Shown here in pieces: positions 9,214 through 20,282 of a DNA stretch of 64,000 nucleotides (position 1 is its first letter; every line of letters starts with the position of its first letter). Both the position numbers and the translations under genes were made by a program. Origin of the DNA: a virus. The stretch covers positions 1 through 64,000 of the IMG/VR virus record IMGVR_UViG_3300033153_002115. The stretch is one strand, 5' to 3'. The notes beneath the pieces are model-generated. The model saw nothing but the letters and a program-made list of their open reading frames with translations. It was not told where the DNA came from and did no database searches.

Positions 9214-11388
9214 ATGGTAACTAGATTTAAAGAATCTACTGAGGAATATAGGGAATTAGTGAAAACTATAGATAGTATTACATTAGTACAACGTATGCTT
9301 GATCCTAATAGGAAAAAAGCTTCAGATTTACCTAGAGATAAATATGATAAGATTAAAATAAATGTAGCTGATCCGCATATATTAGAAAATACAAATTACT
9401 TTAGAAAGTCAGCTATAACTTTTGAGAAGTACGGACATTATACAGAAGCTTATCCATCAAAGGATCCCAATAGCCCTTATAGGAAGTTCTGGGATGAAGA
9501 GAAAAGAAGATGTATTGAAGGCTATATAAGAAAATTAGACGGCGAGTGGGTCACTGGCTACTACTACTTCTATCTGAACTATTGTCCTATAATGAAAGCA
9601 GAAATTATAGGGGAAGAACGTGCAGAGGATGGTAGTATTAAGTCAGAGAGAATAGAGGGATTTCCGGACTTTTGGGACGGGGATTACCTCTTTTTTCATT
9701 ATATAGATCAAGGAGATCTTAAAGGTAAACATGGTTCTGTGTTAAAGACCAGGGGTCGTGGTTATTCTTATAAAGCTGCTGCAATGTCTGCTAGAAATTA
9801 CGAGTTATTCGAGGCTAGTGCTTCTTATGCTTTTGCTAGTGATACTGAATATCTGGATACGGACGGGATACTAAATAAGACTTGGGATTTTTTAAACTTC
9901 GGTAATAAGTACATAGGGTTTGCTAAGAAGTTAAGACTTAAGGATACTATGATGGAGAAGAAAGCTGGTTATAAAAAACCAGGGGATCCAAGTGAGTTTG
10001 GGTTTATGTCTAGCATTACTGGCGTAACGATGAAGAATAATCCAGGTAAAGCAAGGGGAAAGAGAGGTAAACTTATACTCTGGGAAGAAGCCGGTATATT
10101 CCCTAACATTCTTAAGTCATGGCGTATTGCACAGAAGTCAATGGAACAAGGTCATCGTATATTCGGTTATATGGTAGCGTTCGGGACCGGAGGTGAAAAA
10201 GGGGCCAACTTTGAAGGACTTGAAGCTTTGTTCTATAAACCTAAAGCTTACAGAGTACACTTCGTAGAAAATGTATATGATGAGAATATTAAAGGACAGA
10301 CATGTGGATTCTTTCATCCGGAGTACTTGAATCGTTCGGATTGCTATGATAAAGAAGGTAACTCGGATGTAATAAAAGCTATGGAAGAAGTAATTAAGGT
10401 GCGCTTGGATATAAAGTATAGTGCAACTAATGCAGAAGATATAGCTCAGGCCAAAGCAGAAGAACCGTTTACACCGCAGGAAGCTATCATGCGTATAGAA
10501 GGAACCGTTTTTCCTGTAGATGAATTGAAAGAAAGGTTAGCTGAAATAGGGCCAAAAATTCCATCTTTCACAGCACCTCACTACATAGGGGATTTGGTTT
10601 GGGCTGGATCTGACAGTGTAACCTTTAAACCTAACTTTAATAAAACACCTATACGAGAGTGGCCAATCAAACGTGCCGACACTGAAGGAGCTGTAGAGAT
10701 ATTTGAGATGCCTAAGAGAGTAGATGGTGCTGTATCTAACATGCGATATATAGGAGGAGCAGATACTGTAGATGATGAATACGGTACTTCCTTGTTTTCT
10801 ATTTTTATAATGGATACCTTTACAGATAATATTGTAGCAGAGTGGACTGGTCGTTTTAGAAGAGCCTCTGATAATTTTGATCTGGCACTTAAACTTGCTA
10901 TTTACTATAACGCTATTATAAATTACGAGAACAAGCTGAAAGGTATGTTCGGGTATTTTGATAACAAGAATAAATTACACTACCTGGCAGATACACCAAG
11001 TGTACTAAAGGATATGGATTATGTAGCTAAGAGAGAAAGTTACGGTAATAAAGCTAAGGGCACTCCGCCTACAATGCAGATAAACGGGTATGGACGAAGA
11101 CTTCAGGCTGACTGGATGATAACCCATAACCTTTTCTATAAAGACTTGGCGTACAAACACATAAGAAGTATAGGGTATATAAGAGAAGCAATTAGTTGGA
11201 ATATTAATGGAAACTTTGATAGGATATCGGCAGGTATTATGTTATTTATATTAAGAGAAGACAGACTTAAAGGGTTACGTTCACAAAAAGAAGAAGACAG
11301 ACAAGAGGACTATGATAATGATCCATTCTTTAATGGAGACAAAGAGTTTACAGAACTACATTCAGAATTTGCAGATATAACATTATAA
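9214..11388 (+). CDS. terL: terminase large subunit
   Basis: Walker A-like LKTRGRGYSY, Walker B LILWEEAG, FGTGG coupling motif, nuclease YIGGAD and C-terminal NFDR. Confidence 0.93.
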   Translation: MVTRFKESTEEYRELVKTIDSITLVQRMLDPNRKKASDLPRDKYDKIKINVADPHILENTNYFRKSAITFEKYGHYTEAYPSKDPNSPYRKFWDEEKRRCIEGYIRKLDGEWVTGYYYFYLNYCPIMKAEIIGEERAEDGSIKSERIEGFPDFWDGDYLFFHYIDQGDLKGKHGSVLKTRGRGYSYKAAAMSARNYELFEASASYAFASDTEYLDTDGILNKTWDFLNFGNKYIGFAKKLRLKDTMMEKKAGYKKPGDPSEFGFMSSITGVTMKNNPGKARGKRGKLILWEEAGIFPNILKSWRIAQKSMEQGHRIFGYMVAFGTGGEKGANFEGLEALFYKPKAYRVHFVENVYDENIKGQTCGFFHPEYLNRSDCYDKEGNSDVIKAMEEVIKVRLDIKYSATNAEDIAQAKAEEPFTPQEAIMRIEGTVFPVDELKERLAEIGPKIPSFTAPHYIGDLVWAGSDSVTFKPNFNKTPIREWPIKRADTEGAVEIFEMPKRVDGAVSNMRYIGGADTVDDEYGTSLFSIFIMDTFTDNIVAEWTGRFRRASDNFDLALKLAIYYNAIINYENKLKGMFGYFDNKNKLHYLADTPSVLKDMDYVAKRESYGNKAKGTPPTMQINGYGRRLQADWMITHNLFYKDLAYKHIRSIGYIREAISWNINGNFDRISAGIMLFILREDRLKGLRSQKEEDRQEDYDNDPFFNGDKEFTELHSEFADITL

Positions 11389-11397
11389 ATAAATATT

Positions 11398-13695
11398 ATG
11401 GCCAATATAATCAGATTACCTCAACAAAAGAAATCTTTCAGAACTAAGACTAAAGTTTGGAAAGAAGAAACTATTAACGCAATAGATAGTGGTATATCTT
11501 ATTTAAGTAACCAAGAAGTAAGGCGTTCAGTAATAGAAAAGACTATTAATGCAGAACTATTTGATGGTAAGCTTAATATGCAAGATGTACTGATGGTTGT
11601 AGATACTTCAAGTACTCTAAATGCCTATGTACCAAAGAAGATACAACATAGACCTATTTTACGTCCCAAGATAGAATTATTAGTGGGGGAAGCTACAAAA
11701 GAACCTTTCGACTGGGCTGTTATGGTTACGGATCCTAATAGTATCGCTAATAAAGAAGAGAACAAGAAAGCGGCTATTGACGAAAAGATTACTATGCTTC
11801 TTGAATCTGAGTATTCTGAAGAAGAACTACAAGTAAAGATGAAAGAATTGGACTTATACTTTAAGTATACCTGGAAAGACTTGAAAGAAGTACGTGCCAC
11901 TAAAATCCTAAAGCACTACTATAAAGCTTTAAAGATAGAAGAGAAGTTTAATGAGTGTATGATGGACAGGTTAGTCTACGGAGAAGAGTTACTGATGTTT
12001 GACATTATAGCCGGTGTTCCGGAAGCTATTAAACTGGATCCTAAAAAAGTACATACCTTATACTCTAGTCACTCTAATCGTATATCGGATTCGGACATTA
12101 TTGTTATAGAGGATTACTTCTCACCTGGGAAGTTAATTGATATGTACTATGATGAGTTAAAACCAGATGAAGTTGAGATGATCAATAAAGGTCTTGTATA
12201 TGACGATAATGGAGATGTACATAAACAAAACATGGTTAGTTCAGAAGGTATCATTATAGATGGTATGGTACAGGCCGCCTCTTTTGATCGTCCTTACTCT
12301 ATCAATGGTTCTACAGTAGATGGTAACGGTAATATTCGGCATTTAAAAGTTTTATGGCGTTCACTTAAACAGGTATATATTGTAAAAGGTATAGATCCGG
12401 AATCAGGAGAAAGATACGAAAAGGTAATGTCTGAAGAATACATACCTAATCAAGAATTAGGGGAAGAGGTAGATAAAGTATGGATAGAGGAGTGGTGGCA
12501 AGGTTCTAAGATAGGTAATAAGTTATATAAAAAAGTAGGGCCTCGTCCTGTGCAATTTAACTCTGAAGGTAATATATCTAAAGGTCATCCAGGTATAGTG
12601 GGCTATTTTAATTCTACATCTGGAGGAAAAGTTGTTTCTTTCCTATCAAAAATGAAACCTTATCAATACCTATATGATATCGTATGGGATAGGGTAATGG
12701 ATGCCTTGAAAAAGAACATGGGTAAAATAATGGAAGTTGATCTAGCTAAGATACCACGAGGGTGGACAGTAGAGAAATGGATGCATTATGCTTATAAAGG
12801 TGGTATAGCTTTTATTGATAGTTTTAAAGAAGTAACCAAAGGAGTAGCCACAGGTAAACTGGCAGGTACTTTTAATACATCCGGGAAAGTTCTGGATATG
12901 GAAACTGGTAATTACATACAACAACATATTAATTTACTACAGTTTATAAAAGCAGAGATGTCAGAGATTGTAGGTATTACGCCGCAAAGAGAAGGAGCTG
13001 TACAAGCTTCAGCTACTGTAGGAAGTACAGAAAGATCTGTAATGCAAAGTAACAATAATACAGCCTATGAGTTTTATCAACATCAACAATTTAAACTTGA
13101 GTCATTACAGATATTACTTGAAACAGCTAAAGTAGCTTTACGTGGTAATAAAAAGATGGCACAGAATATATTGGATGACTTCTCTCTCGAAGTATTTAGT
13201 ATTGATGGTGATGAATTCGTAGACAGTGACTACTCTATATTCATAACTGTATCTAAGAAATCTGCTGAAATGAAACAGAGTTTAGAGATGTATTCACAAG
13301 CATTTATGCAGAATGGAGGTAATTACGGTGTAGTATTAGATATCTTGTTCTCGGATAGTCTTGCAGAGAAGAGACGTAAAATAGAGTTGGCTGAGTTTGA
13401 TATGAAACAAGAGGCTAGAGCTCAACAAGAACAAGGAGCTAAAATGCAACAAGAACAACTTGCAGCTCAACAAGCAGAAAAAGAACAAGAACGTCAAACA
13501 AAGTTATACGAGGTGGATTCGAATAACGCCACTAAGATTATACTTAAAGAGATGGAACAGGAAGGAGTTGATAAGCAGATCAACCAGGATGCTACAGAAA
13601 ACAAAGAAGATATATTAATGCGTATTAAGGAGTTAGCAGGTAAAATGACTATTGAACGTGAAAAGATACAAAAACAGAAGACAACAGCAGCGTAA
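11398..13695 (+). CDS. portal protein
   Basis: 765 aa after TerL; KPYQYLYD and GITPQREG motifs of crAss/P22-like portals; C-terminal coiled coil. Confidence 0.9.
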   Translation: MANIIRLPQQKKSFRTKTKVWKEETINAIDSGISYLSNQEVRRSVIEKTINAELFDGKLNMQDVLMVVDTSSTLNAYVPKKIQHRPILRPKIELLVGEATKEPFDWAVMVTDPNSIANKEENKKAAIDEKITMLLESEYSEEELQVKMKELDLYFKYTWKDLKEVRATKILKHYYKALKIEEKFNECMMDRLVYGEELLMFDIIAGVPEAIKLDPKKVHTLYSSHSNRISDSDIIVIEDYFSPGKLIDMYYDELKPDEVEMINKGLVYDDNGDVHKQNMVSSEGIIIDGMVQAASFDRPYSINGSTVDGNGNIRHLKVLWRSLKQVYIVKGIDPESGERYEKVMSEEYIPNQELGEEVDKVWIEEWWQGSKIGNKLYKKVGPRPVQFNSEGNISKGHPGIVGYFNSTSGGKVVSFLSKMKPYQYLYDIVWDRVMDALKKNMGKIMEVDLAKIPRGWTVEKWMHYAYKGGIAFIDSFKEVTKGVATGKLAGTFNTSGKVLDMETGNYIQQHINLLQFIKAEMSEIVGITPQREGAVQASATVGSTERSVMQSNNNTAYEFYQHQQFKLESLQILLETAKVALRGNKKMAQNILDDFSLEVFSIDGDEFVDSDYSIFITVSKKSAEMKQSLEMYSQAFMQNGGNYGVVLDILFSDSLAEKRRKIELAEFDMKQEARAQQEQGAKMQQEQLAAQQAEKEQERQTKLYEVDSNNATKIILKEMEQEGVDKQINQDATENKEDILMRIKELAGKMTIEREKIQKQKTTAA

Positions 13696-13761
13696 TAAAC
13701 ACTGTGCAGTTTAGTAATAAAGACCCTAGATTTATACTCATTTTTGTAATAAACTATTTAT

Positions 13762-13769
13762 TATATTTG
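13762..13769 (+). promoter_or_regulatory. Bacteroidota -7 box (TATATTTG)
   Basis: TAnnTTTG in the intergenic gap before the scaffold/capsid genes. Confidence 0.55.
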
Positions 13770-13791
13770 TAAACATAAACATTAGTACACT

Positions 13792-14931
13792 ATGGCAGGA
13801 TTAGAAGAAGAATTAGATATTAGCATGTTGGATAATGCTCTTATCGACAGTCTCGGCGTCATTGACGAGGGGATGGAAGAAGAAACTAAACCGGAGATAA
13901 AAATACCGGAGGTAGTAGAAACTGAGAACATAACCAAAGAAAAGGTTATAGAAAAGAAAGAAGTAACTAAAGAGGACGTCGATAAGGTGGTAGATGTCCT
14001 TGAAAATATAGAAAGTAAAACGTCAGAAGAGAAGGATGACTCTGGTACTGAAGATCCACCTGCCACCTCAGTATATCCAGCTTTGGCTGAATTTCTAAAA
14101 GAAAGAGGAGTTATTTCTTCTCTTGATGACGTTTCTGGTATTAAAACAGAGGATGACTTTGTAAAGGTGGTACAAGAAGAAATAGAGGCTAGTAAATATG
14201 CTAACTTGACAGATAAACAGGTTATGTATATGAAAGCCATGGAAGCAGGAATGGATGAGCAATTAACAAGGAATACTATTAATACTATAGAAAACCTTGG
14301 GGAAATCAGTGAGAAGGATATCCAAGATAACAAGGAATTAAGAGTCGAGTTGATTCGCGAGGACTTGAAAACTCAAGGATGGGAGGATGCCAGGATATCT
14401 AAACAGATTGATAGGCTTGTTCAAAGTGGGGATGATATAGAAGAAGCTTTCCATTCTAAAGCAAATATCGTAACACGGAATAAAGAACAATTTGAAGCAG
14501 ATCAAAAACAGAAAGTAGATGCTCAGGAAGCTGCAAAACAAATTGAACTAGACCAATTAAAAAGGTTAAAAGATGAAGTGTATGGTATGAACACAGCTTT
14601 TGGTTCTGTAAAAGTAGATGGAGTGTTAAAAGATAAAATCTATAATGCGATAACTACCGCCACAGAAACAACAAAAGAAGGAGTTCCGGTTAATGCGCTT
14701 ACTGCAGACAGATTAAAAGATCCGGTAGACTTCGAAAAAAGGTTGTATACTGCTTATGTATTAACCAATGGTTTTGCAGATATGGGCAATTTACAACGTA
14801 AGGCTGAGAATAAAGCAGCCAGAAGATTAAGAGAGGCAGTACAAAGCACAGGCGTAGAAATGAGCGCCACTGGTGCAGGTTTATTTAAACCTGATCTCAG
14901 TAACATGCCAGATATTGTCGGTATAGATTAG
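13792..14931 (+). CDS. capsid scaffolding/assembly protein
   Basis: Very acidic and helical; lies between portal and MCP. Confidence 0.7.
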   Translation: MAGLEEELDISMLDNALIDSLGVIDEGMEEETKPEIKIPEVVETENITKEKVIEKKEVTKEDVDKVVDVLENIESKTSEEKDDSGTEDPPATSVYPALAEFLKERGVISSLDDVSGIKTEDDFVKVVQEEIEASKYANLTDKQVMYMKAMEAGMDEQLTRNTINTIENLGEISEKDIQDNKELRVELIREDLKTQGWEDARISKQIDRLVQSGDDIEEAFHSKANIVTRNKEQFEADQKQKVDAQEAAKQIELDQLKRLKDEVYGMNTAFGSVKVDGVLKDKIYNAITTATETTKEGVPVNALTADRLKDPVDFEKRLYTAYVLTNGFADMGNLQRKAENKAARRLREAVQSTGVEMSATGAGLFKPDLSNMPDIVGID

Positions 14932-14957
14932 TAAACAACCCTTTAAAATAGATAAAA

Positions 14958-16448
14958 ATGAGTTTAAATTTAGGTAAATTTCAGATGACTGAAGTAAAAG
15001 ACTTTGCTGGTTTGGTTACAGCAAATCAATTAGGTCTGTTATTTCAAAATAAGCCTCAAGTACTTCAAAGTTCTATTGTAAGGTTTTTAGCTGGATCAGG
15101 AGTTCGCACCATTTCTGGGGAACTTGAAAAGATTCCGAAAGAAACCTTAGATGTAGAAGAAGATTTTACTTGGAGACTTACAGGACATGATGAGAAAAAC
15201 GTTCCATTACTTTATGCTACTGTTGCAGGTACTATTGTTGCTGCCCAAACGGAAAATGGTAAAGATGGTGAAGAGATTGTATTAGTGTTCCCGGAAAAAT
15301 ACTTCTCTGACGTTAATGTACTTGTTGGTGAAAAGAATGAAATCTATCAATTCCGTGTAGTAGCCCCTGCAGTATCTGTAGAAGATGGCTGGGCTTATAC
15401 TACTAAGTTGATGGGTGCCGCTGCTAAGACTGGTGTTCCACCAGCAGAAATTATTGGAGGAAAAAGATTCTCTAAAGACTTCTCACCTGTGGAAGATACT
15501 ATGTCTATCAAAGGTGGTGATATCACTTTCACTTCTCCTATCGATATGAGAAATGGCTTTACTACTTTACGTATGGAACATAAGGTTCCTGGTAATATGA
15601 TGGACAGAAAGGTTGCTGGTACATTCGTAGGTCATACTCAAGAAGGAGACGTTAAAGAATTCACTGTTTGGATGCTTTACGCAGAATGGGAATTTGAAAA
15701 GCAATGGGAACGTGAAAAAGCTCGTGCTTATATGTTTGCTCGCTCTAACAGAAATGAAGACGGATCTTACACTGATTTAGGAGCCTCTGGTTTCTATATT
15801 AAGCAAGGTGCTGGATTACGTGAGCAAATGGAAGTATCTAATGTAACTTTTACTGATGATATTACTATCGAACTACTTGAAAGTATTCTTACTGATATGG
15901 TAGAAGGTAGAGAAGATGTGGAAAATGTTGCTGAATTTGTAATACGTACAGGACGAAGAGGTGCTTCTCAAATCTCGAAAGCGGCTGCTACAGAAGCTTC
16001 AGGTTGGAATAACCTTACTACTTATAATCCTGAGTTGATTCAAACAACTTCTTCTAACTTACACTCACGTTCACTTAAAGGTGGATTCCAATTTACCGAG
16101 TGGTTACTTCCTAATAACATTGTACTTAAAGTTGAAGTTGATAACAGCTATGATAGTAAAGTTCGTAACAAGATTAATCACCCTAGTGGTGGTGTAGCTG
16201 AAAGTTACAGAATGGACATTATCTTTATGGGATCGATGGACACTAATAACATTGTAAGATTAGGAACTAAAGCCGGTGATATGAGAGGTTATTTAGCTGG
16301 TTTCCGTAATCCTTGGACTGGTGAACTTAATAACATGCATATGGGAACACAGGAGGATAGCGCTACTTATACTCGTTACGGGTCACTAGGGGCTGCAATT
16401 AAAGATCCTTCTAGGACTGCGGTTATACTTCCAACTTTACTCGAATAA
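14958..16448 (+). CDS. major capsid protein (crAss-like)
   Basis: 496 aa; position; GAGLREQ and TGRRG motifs. Confidence 0.88.
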   Translation: MSLNLGKFQMTEVKDFAGLVTANQLGLLFQNKPQVLQSSIVRFLAGSGVRTISGELEKIPKETLDVEEDFTWRLTGHDEKNVPLLYATVAGTIVAAQTENGKDGEEIVLVFPEKYFSDVNVLVGEKNEIYQFRVVAPAVSVEDGWAYTTKLMGAAAKTGVPPAEIIGGKRFSKDFSPVEDTMSIKGGDITFTSPIDMRNGFTTLRMEHKVPGNMMDRKVAGTFVGHTQEGDVKEFTVWMLYAEWEFEKQWEREKARAYMFARSNRNEDGSYTDLGASGFYIKQGAGLREQMEVSNVTFTDDITIELLESILTDMVEGREDVENVAEFVIRTGRRGASQISKAAATEASGWNNLTTYNPELIQTTSSNLHSRSLKGGFQFTEWLLPNNIVLKVEVDNSYDSKVRNKINHPSGGVAESYRMDIIFMGSMDTNNIVRLGTKAGDMRGYLAGFRNPWTGELNNMHMGTQEDSATYTRYGSLGAAIKDPSRTAVILPTLLE

Positions 16449-16456
16449 ATAATGCC

Positions 16457-16482
16457 TGGGGAAGTGCACTAGTACTTCCTCA
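16457..16482 (+). other. RNA hairpin after MCP (stabiliser or partial terminator)
   Basis: TGGGGAAGTGC-ACTA-GTACTTCCTCA; no U tract. Confidence 0.5.
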
Positions 16483-16523
16483 CCATTATATGAGAATTAA
16501 TTTTAATTTTAAATACGGCAGGT

Positions 16524-17411
16524 ATGGAAGAAGTAACAGAAGAGATTACTAAAGTAACGAAAAGGGTGGACTTTGAGTTACCGAATGAGATCGTTCAGGT
16601 TAACTTTGTTAAAAGACAAAGAGGATCGATAACGAATAAAAAACATATCCTTTATGGGGGTATGATGGAAGGAAGTAAAAGAACTTTCGTTCCAAAAAGA
16701 TCACGTAGTACTTTTAAATATGAAAAGATACTGACTAAAGAAGAGCAAGTTTACTTAGAACCTGCAATGGGTTTAGTAAAAAACGGGTTAAATCCTTACT
16801 TATCAGATGATAATTTTTGGGATACAATAAAAGTTGAGTTATTAAAAGAAGGTATTAAGTTAAATTTAAGTGACCCTATAGATTATATTAGATGGAAGAT
16901 CTTATTAACTTATGCTAATACAGTAGCCCCTACTTTAGCAGAATTAAAACGTCAAAATAAGCAGACTTATATGTTTGTTATTGTACGTGATGGTGAGCAA
17001 GAAAATAGTAAAGTTGAGTCTTTCAATGTAAAAAAAGAAGCTTACAAAATTGTTGATAAAGTAGAAACAAGTACAGAAAGACTTAAAGAGTTCTTATATT
17101 TAATGGGAGTTAGGGTTTCACCTGATACAAGCATTACTTGGATTAAGTCAAAACTTGCTGATTTGGTGGAGTTAGATCCTGGTAAAATAGTAGAAGTATA
17201 TAATACAGATAACTATGCTGTACGAGGTCTTATTGCAAGGGCTGTATTATCAGGTGTGATTAAGGAAGTTAACGGTTTGTATCATTTAGAAGACGGTATT
17301 GCACTTTGTGGAGAAGGGGAATCTCCTTCACTTTCAAATGCAGTCAAGTTCTTAGCACACAATAACAATGCGGATATCCGTAATAGAGTTGACGCTAAAT
17401 TAGGTAAATAA
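16524..17411 (+). CDS. conserved crAss-like protein downstream of MCP
   Basis: Position; LNLSDPIDYIRWKIL motif. Confidence 0.65.
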   Translation: MEEVTEEITKVTKRVDFELPNEIVQVNFVKRQRGSITNKKHILYGGMMEGSKRTFVPKRSRSTFKYEKILTKEEQVYLEPAMGLVKNGLNPYLSDDNFWDTIKVELLKEGIKLNLSDPIDYIRWKILLTYANTVAPTLAELKRQNKQTYMFVIVRDGEQENSKVESFNVKKEAYKIVDKVETSTERLKEFLYLMGVRVSPDTSITWIKSKLADLVELDPGKIVEVYNTDNYAVRGLIARAVLSGVIKEVNGLYHLEDGIALCGEGESPSLSNAVKFLAHNNNADIRNRVDAKLGK

Positions 17412-18067
17412 TGGAATTAGCAGAATTTGCAGCAGAATTTGATATTATATATGAAAACATAAATAAGGGTGGGGCTCCTGGCCTCATCCATTATGAAAAG
17501 TCTGTAATATTAACTCAAGCTGCGGAGGACTTAGCAAGGCAACTTGTTAATATTGATTTAAGTCTTATTGCTGAACTTATAACAGTAGATACGCCGGTTA
17601 TCGATGCAACACCTGTAGATAGGTTAGATGATCGTTCTGTAGTATTTGAGATGTCTCAGGGGTTTATACGTATAATAAATGAGACTGTGAAAGATAGTGG
17701 AGATGTAGAATACGTAGTTACACCTATTAGTGCGGTAGAATACTCATTGATAATGTCCAAGCCTTATAAGTATCCTAGAAGACGGACGGCTTGGAGACTG
17801 GAAAATTCGGATACGGTAGACGGATATGTCGAACTGATCGGAAGACCGGGAGTAACTTTAACTGAATATAAAGCAAGGATTGTAAGTTTACCGAATCCAA
17901 TTGTATTAGAGACTTTGACAGGAGGTTTATCAATTAGAGGGATAACAGCAGCAAGTAACACTAACCTTAATCCGAGTTTACATCCGGAGATATTAAAGTT
18001 AGCTACAGGATTAGCAGAAAAGTATTATTACGATAAATACGGAAATGATGAATCTGGAAACAATTAG
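17411..18067 (+). CDS. tail ring/adaptor protein
   Basis: YEKSVILTQA, KPYKYP, PNPIVL, LHPEIL; paralog of the next gene. Confidence 0.7.
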   Translation: MELAEFAAEFDIIYENINKGGAPGLIHYEKSVILTQAAEDLARQLVNIDLSLIAELITVDTPVIDATPVDRLDDRSVVFEMSQGFIRIINETVKDSGDVEYVVTPISAVEYSLIMSKPYKYPRRRTAWRLENSDTVDGYVELIGRPGVTLTEYKARIVSLPNPIVLETLTGGLSIRGITAASNTNLNPSLHPEILKLATGLAEKYYYDKYGNDESGNN

Positions 18068-18737
18068 TGATTTATTTGATAATCAGTTTAACGCTTTTAG
18101 TGGAGGTGTACATAAGGATGAATATGAAAAGTCCTTATATTTAACTGCAGCTCAGGATGTGTATTACAATGCGTTACTAGATGAGTTTGAAGTTACCCAT
18201 CAGATTTCGATGAAGCTTGCCAGACTAATCACGGAAGAATCAATAACACCTGCAGGAACTACAGCTTTTGGAGGGGATATAGTGACATTCACGAATCCGA
18301 TTAAAGCGATATTGAGAGAAAGAGTACGTGTTACTTCAAGTGAAGAATTATATAATAACAGGGATCTTGAGGTATTTACTGAAAGACTTGCAGAAATAGA
18401 AGACTCTATAAGGAATCCATTTAGAAAACCTAATGGGTATAAAGTATTAAGAGCTTTGACGGAATCGGGAGCAGCTTATATTAATCGTATAGAGTTGTAT
18501 TTATCGATCCCAGGGCTTGCAACTAAGTTATATAAAGCTACTGTAGCTTTAAGAGCGAACCCTATAATACTGGAAACTATTACTTCTATGGGATTGGAAA
18601 TAGATGGAGAATCTGTAGCAACTACAGAATTATCTTTTGAAGATGACGATATTAAAAACATTATAAAAATAGCTGTTGCATCTGCACTACAGGATATGCA
18701 AGTACTTGCACAGACTGCGCCGCAACCTCAACAGTAA
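18045..18737 (+). CDS. tail ring/adaptor protein (paralog)
   Basis: YEKSLYLTAAQ, NPFRKP, ANPIILE shared with the previous gene. Confidence 0.7.
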   Translation: MMNLETISDLFDNQFNAFSGGVHKDEYEKSLYLTAAQDVYYNALLDEFEVTHQISMKLARLITEESITPAGTTAFGGDIVTFTNPIKAILRERVRVTSSEELYNNRDLEVFTERLAEIEDSIRNPFRKPNGYKVLRALTESGAAYINRIELYLSIPGLATKLYKATVALRANPIILETITSMGLEIDGESVATTELSFEDDDIKNIIKIAVASALQDMQVLAQTAPQPQQ

Positions 18738-18767
18738 ATTACTTTTATTAATTAAATACTTATTATT

Positions 18768-19619
18768 ATGAACTCACAAAAAAATGTTTTACAAGTACTT
18801 TCTTGTGTAGGTTTTACTGGACCGGCCACTGTTGGTGGTATTGCGGATATATCTGAATTGCCTGTAGGCGAAATGGCTTTCTTTGATAAAGATAATGCTA
18901 TAGCAACTACTGGTTGGGGACGTTTTGTTCTTAGAGAAAGTGCTACTGAGATTATTCAAAGTAACTTTATTACGTTCCTTGGATGGGATCTTGTATCATA
19001 TGCTGCTCCTGCTTTACATGCAGAAACAGTGACTATTACTGGGCCAACTATAGGTGGATATTACCAACTTCAGGTAACTATGGATATTAAAGGCATGACA
19101 GGTAAATACATTAAGCATGGTGTATATGTTGCAAAAACTGGTAATACTGTGACTAACGTTGCTGATGCTCTTGTAGCTTCATTAAACGCAGCTTTAGCTC
19201 GTGAAGGAAATACTGCTCTTCTTGTAGAAAACACTGCTGGTGTTATTACAGTTTCAGGTATACTTCAAACATACATACCAGGTAAAAAGTCAGGTAATCA
19301 AGTGCCTTTCTCTGCAGCTCTTATTTCTCCTGAAGGAGATGTTTTAGGTACCGTAACTGTTCCCGGAACTAATGGTACTGGTACTGGAAATTATGTACAT
19401 GAGAAGGAATATTTCGCTTGGGGTAACCAAGATTCGTTCCGTTACAACAGTTGGAGAAATAACTTTGAGCCAAAAGTTCTTACTAATGTGGCTCTTACTT
19501 ATGATACACAAGCTATCAATGAAGATACTTATGAAAAAACTGCTCACGGAGACGTGAGAGTGTCCAAACAAATTTTATTAGCGTTTAACGATTCTGGTAG
19601 TGCTCCTACTACATCGTAA
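18768..19619 (+). CDS. auxiliary capsid/structural protein
   Basis: Thr/Gly/Ala-rich; position typical of the crAss auxiliary capsid protein. Confidence 0.6.
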   Translation: MNSQKNVLQVLSCVGFTGPATVGGIADISELPVGEMAFFDKDNAIATTGWGRFVLRESATEIIQSNFITFLGWDLVSYAAPALHAETVTITGPTIGGYYQLQVTMDIKGMTGKYIKHGVYVAKTGNTVTNVADALVASLNAALAREGNTALLVENTAGVITVSGILQTYIPGKKSGNQVPFSAALISPEGDVLGTVTVPGTNGTGTGNYVHEKEYFAWGNQDSFRYNSWRNNFEPKVLTNVALTYDTQAINEDTYEKTAHGDVRVSKQILLAFNDSGSAPTTS

Positions 19620-19642
19620 GATTTAGGTTTGATGTTTATTTT

Positions 19643-19680
19643 AATAGCCCGTCCTTCAATAGGGTGGGCTATTTTTCTTT
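19643..19680 (+). terminator. intrinsic terminator
   Basis: AATAGCCCGTCCT-TCAAT-AGGGTGGGCTATT followed by TTTCTTT. Confidence 0.8.
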
Positions 19681-19695
19681 ATGCTGATTTTTTTG

Positions 19696-19703
19696 TACTT
19701 TTG
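19696..19703 (+). promoter_or_regulatory. Bacteroidota -7 box (TACTTTTG)
   Basis: TAnnTTTG directly after the terminator. Confidence 0.5.
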
Positions 19704-19718
19704 ATAAAAATAACTCTC

Positions 19719-20282
19719 ATGATAACTATAACACAATTTGATTTCACCTCAGACCTTTATTCTATAAACTTAGTATTTAATTCTACCTCACCAATTACGG
19801 ATTTAGTAATGTATCTAGGTGATGGTTATACTGGAGATCCTATAGATTTAAGCGCTAAATTGACGGGGGCTACTTCATACGACTTTTCTGGTATTAACGC
19901 TTTATCTGCTACAGATCTAGGGCTACCTGAAGGAACACCTTTGGCCGGGATATTTATAGTTAATATAACTAATAGTGACATTACACCAGAGATTGAGGAG
20001 GCTGGTATTCTAAGTGACTATTTCCTTGTACTTTGCCTGGCTAATAAAGTCATTACTCAAAACCAGGAATCGGATCTTAACGAAACCACTTTCTTGTTTC
20101 TACTATTAGAAGCAATTAAATCCTATATGGCCGAAGAGCAACTCGAACAAGCTATTGGAGCTTACGATAGAGCAGAAGCGATTTGTGAAGCTGACCCGGA
20201 TAGCTATACTACTGACATACTTCCTCGTGGGGAAGGTACTGGATGCTGGATTATTGATGGAGTTTATATAGTTAAAAAGTAA
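19719..20282 (+). CDS. tail hub/structural protein (start corrected to MITITQ)
   Basis: The ORF-track start overlaps the terminator; ATG at 19719 follows the promoter box. Confidence 0.6.
   Translation: MITITQFDFTSDLYSINLVFNSTSPITDLVMYLGDGYTGDPIDLSAKLTGATSYDFSGINALSATDLGLPEGTPLAGIFIVNITNSDITPEIEEAGILSDYFLVLCLANKVITQNQESDLNETTFLFLLLEAIKSYMAEEQLEQAIGAYDRAEAICEADPDSYTTDILPRGEGTGCWIIDGVYIVKK

Noticed and set aside
7719-16523. GGCAGG just upstream of some start codons (7725, 16524)
   Set aside because: Too few instances to separate from chance without counting.
19629-19718. Hydrophobic N-terminal extension of ORF 19629
   Set aside because: It overlaps a terminator and promoter box; the ATG at 19719 is more plausible.
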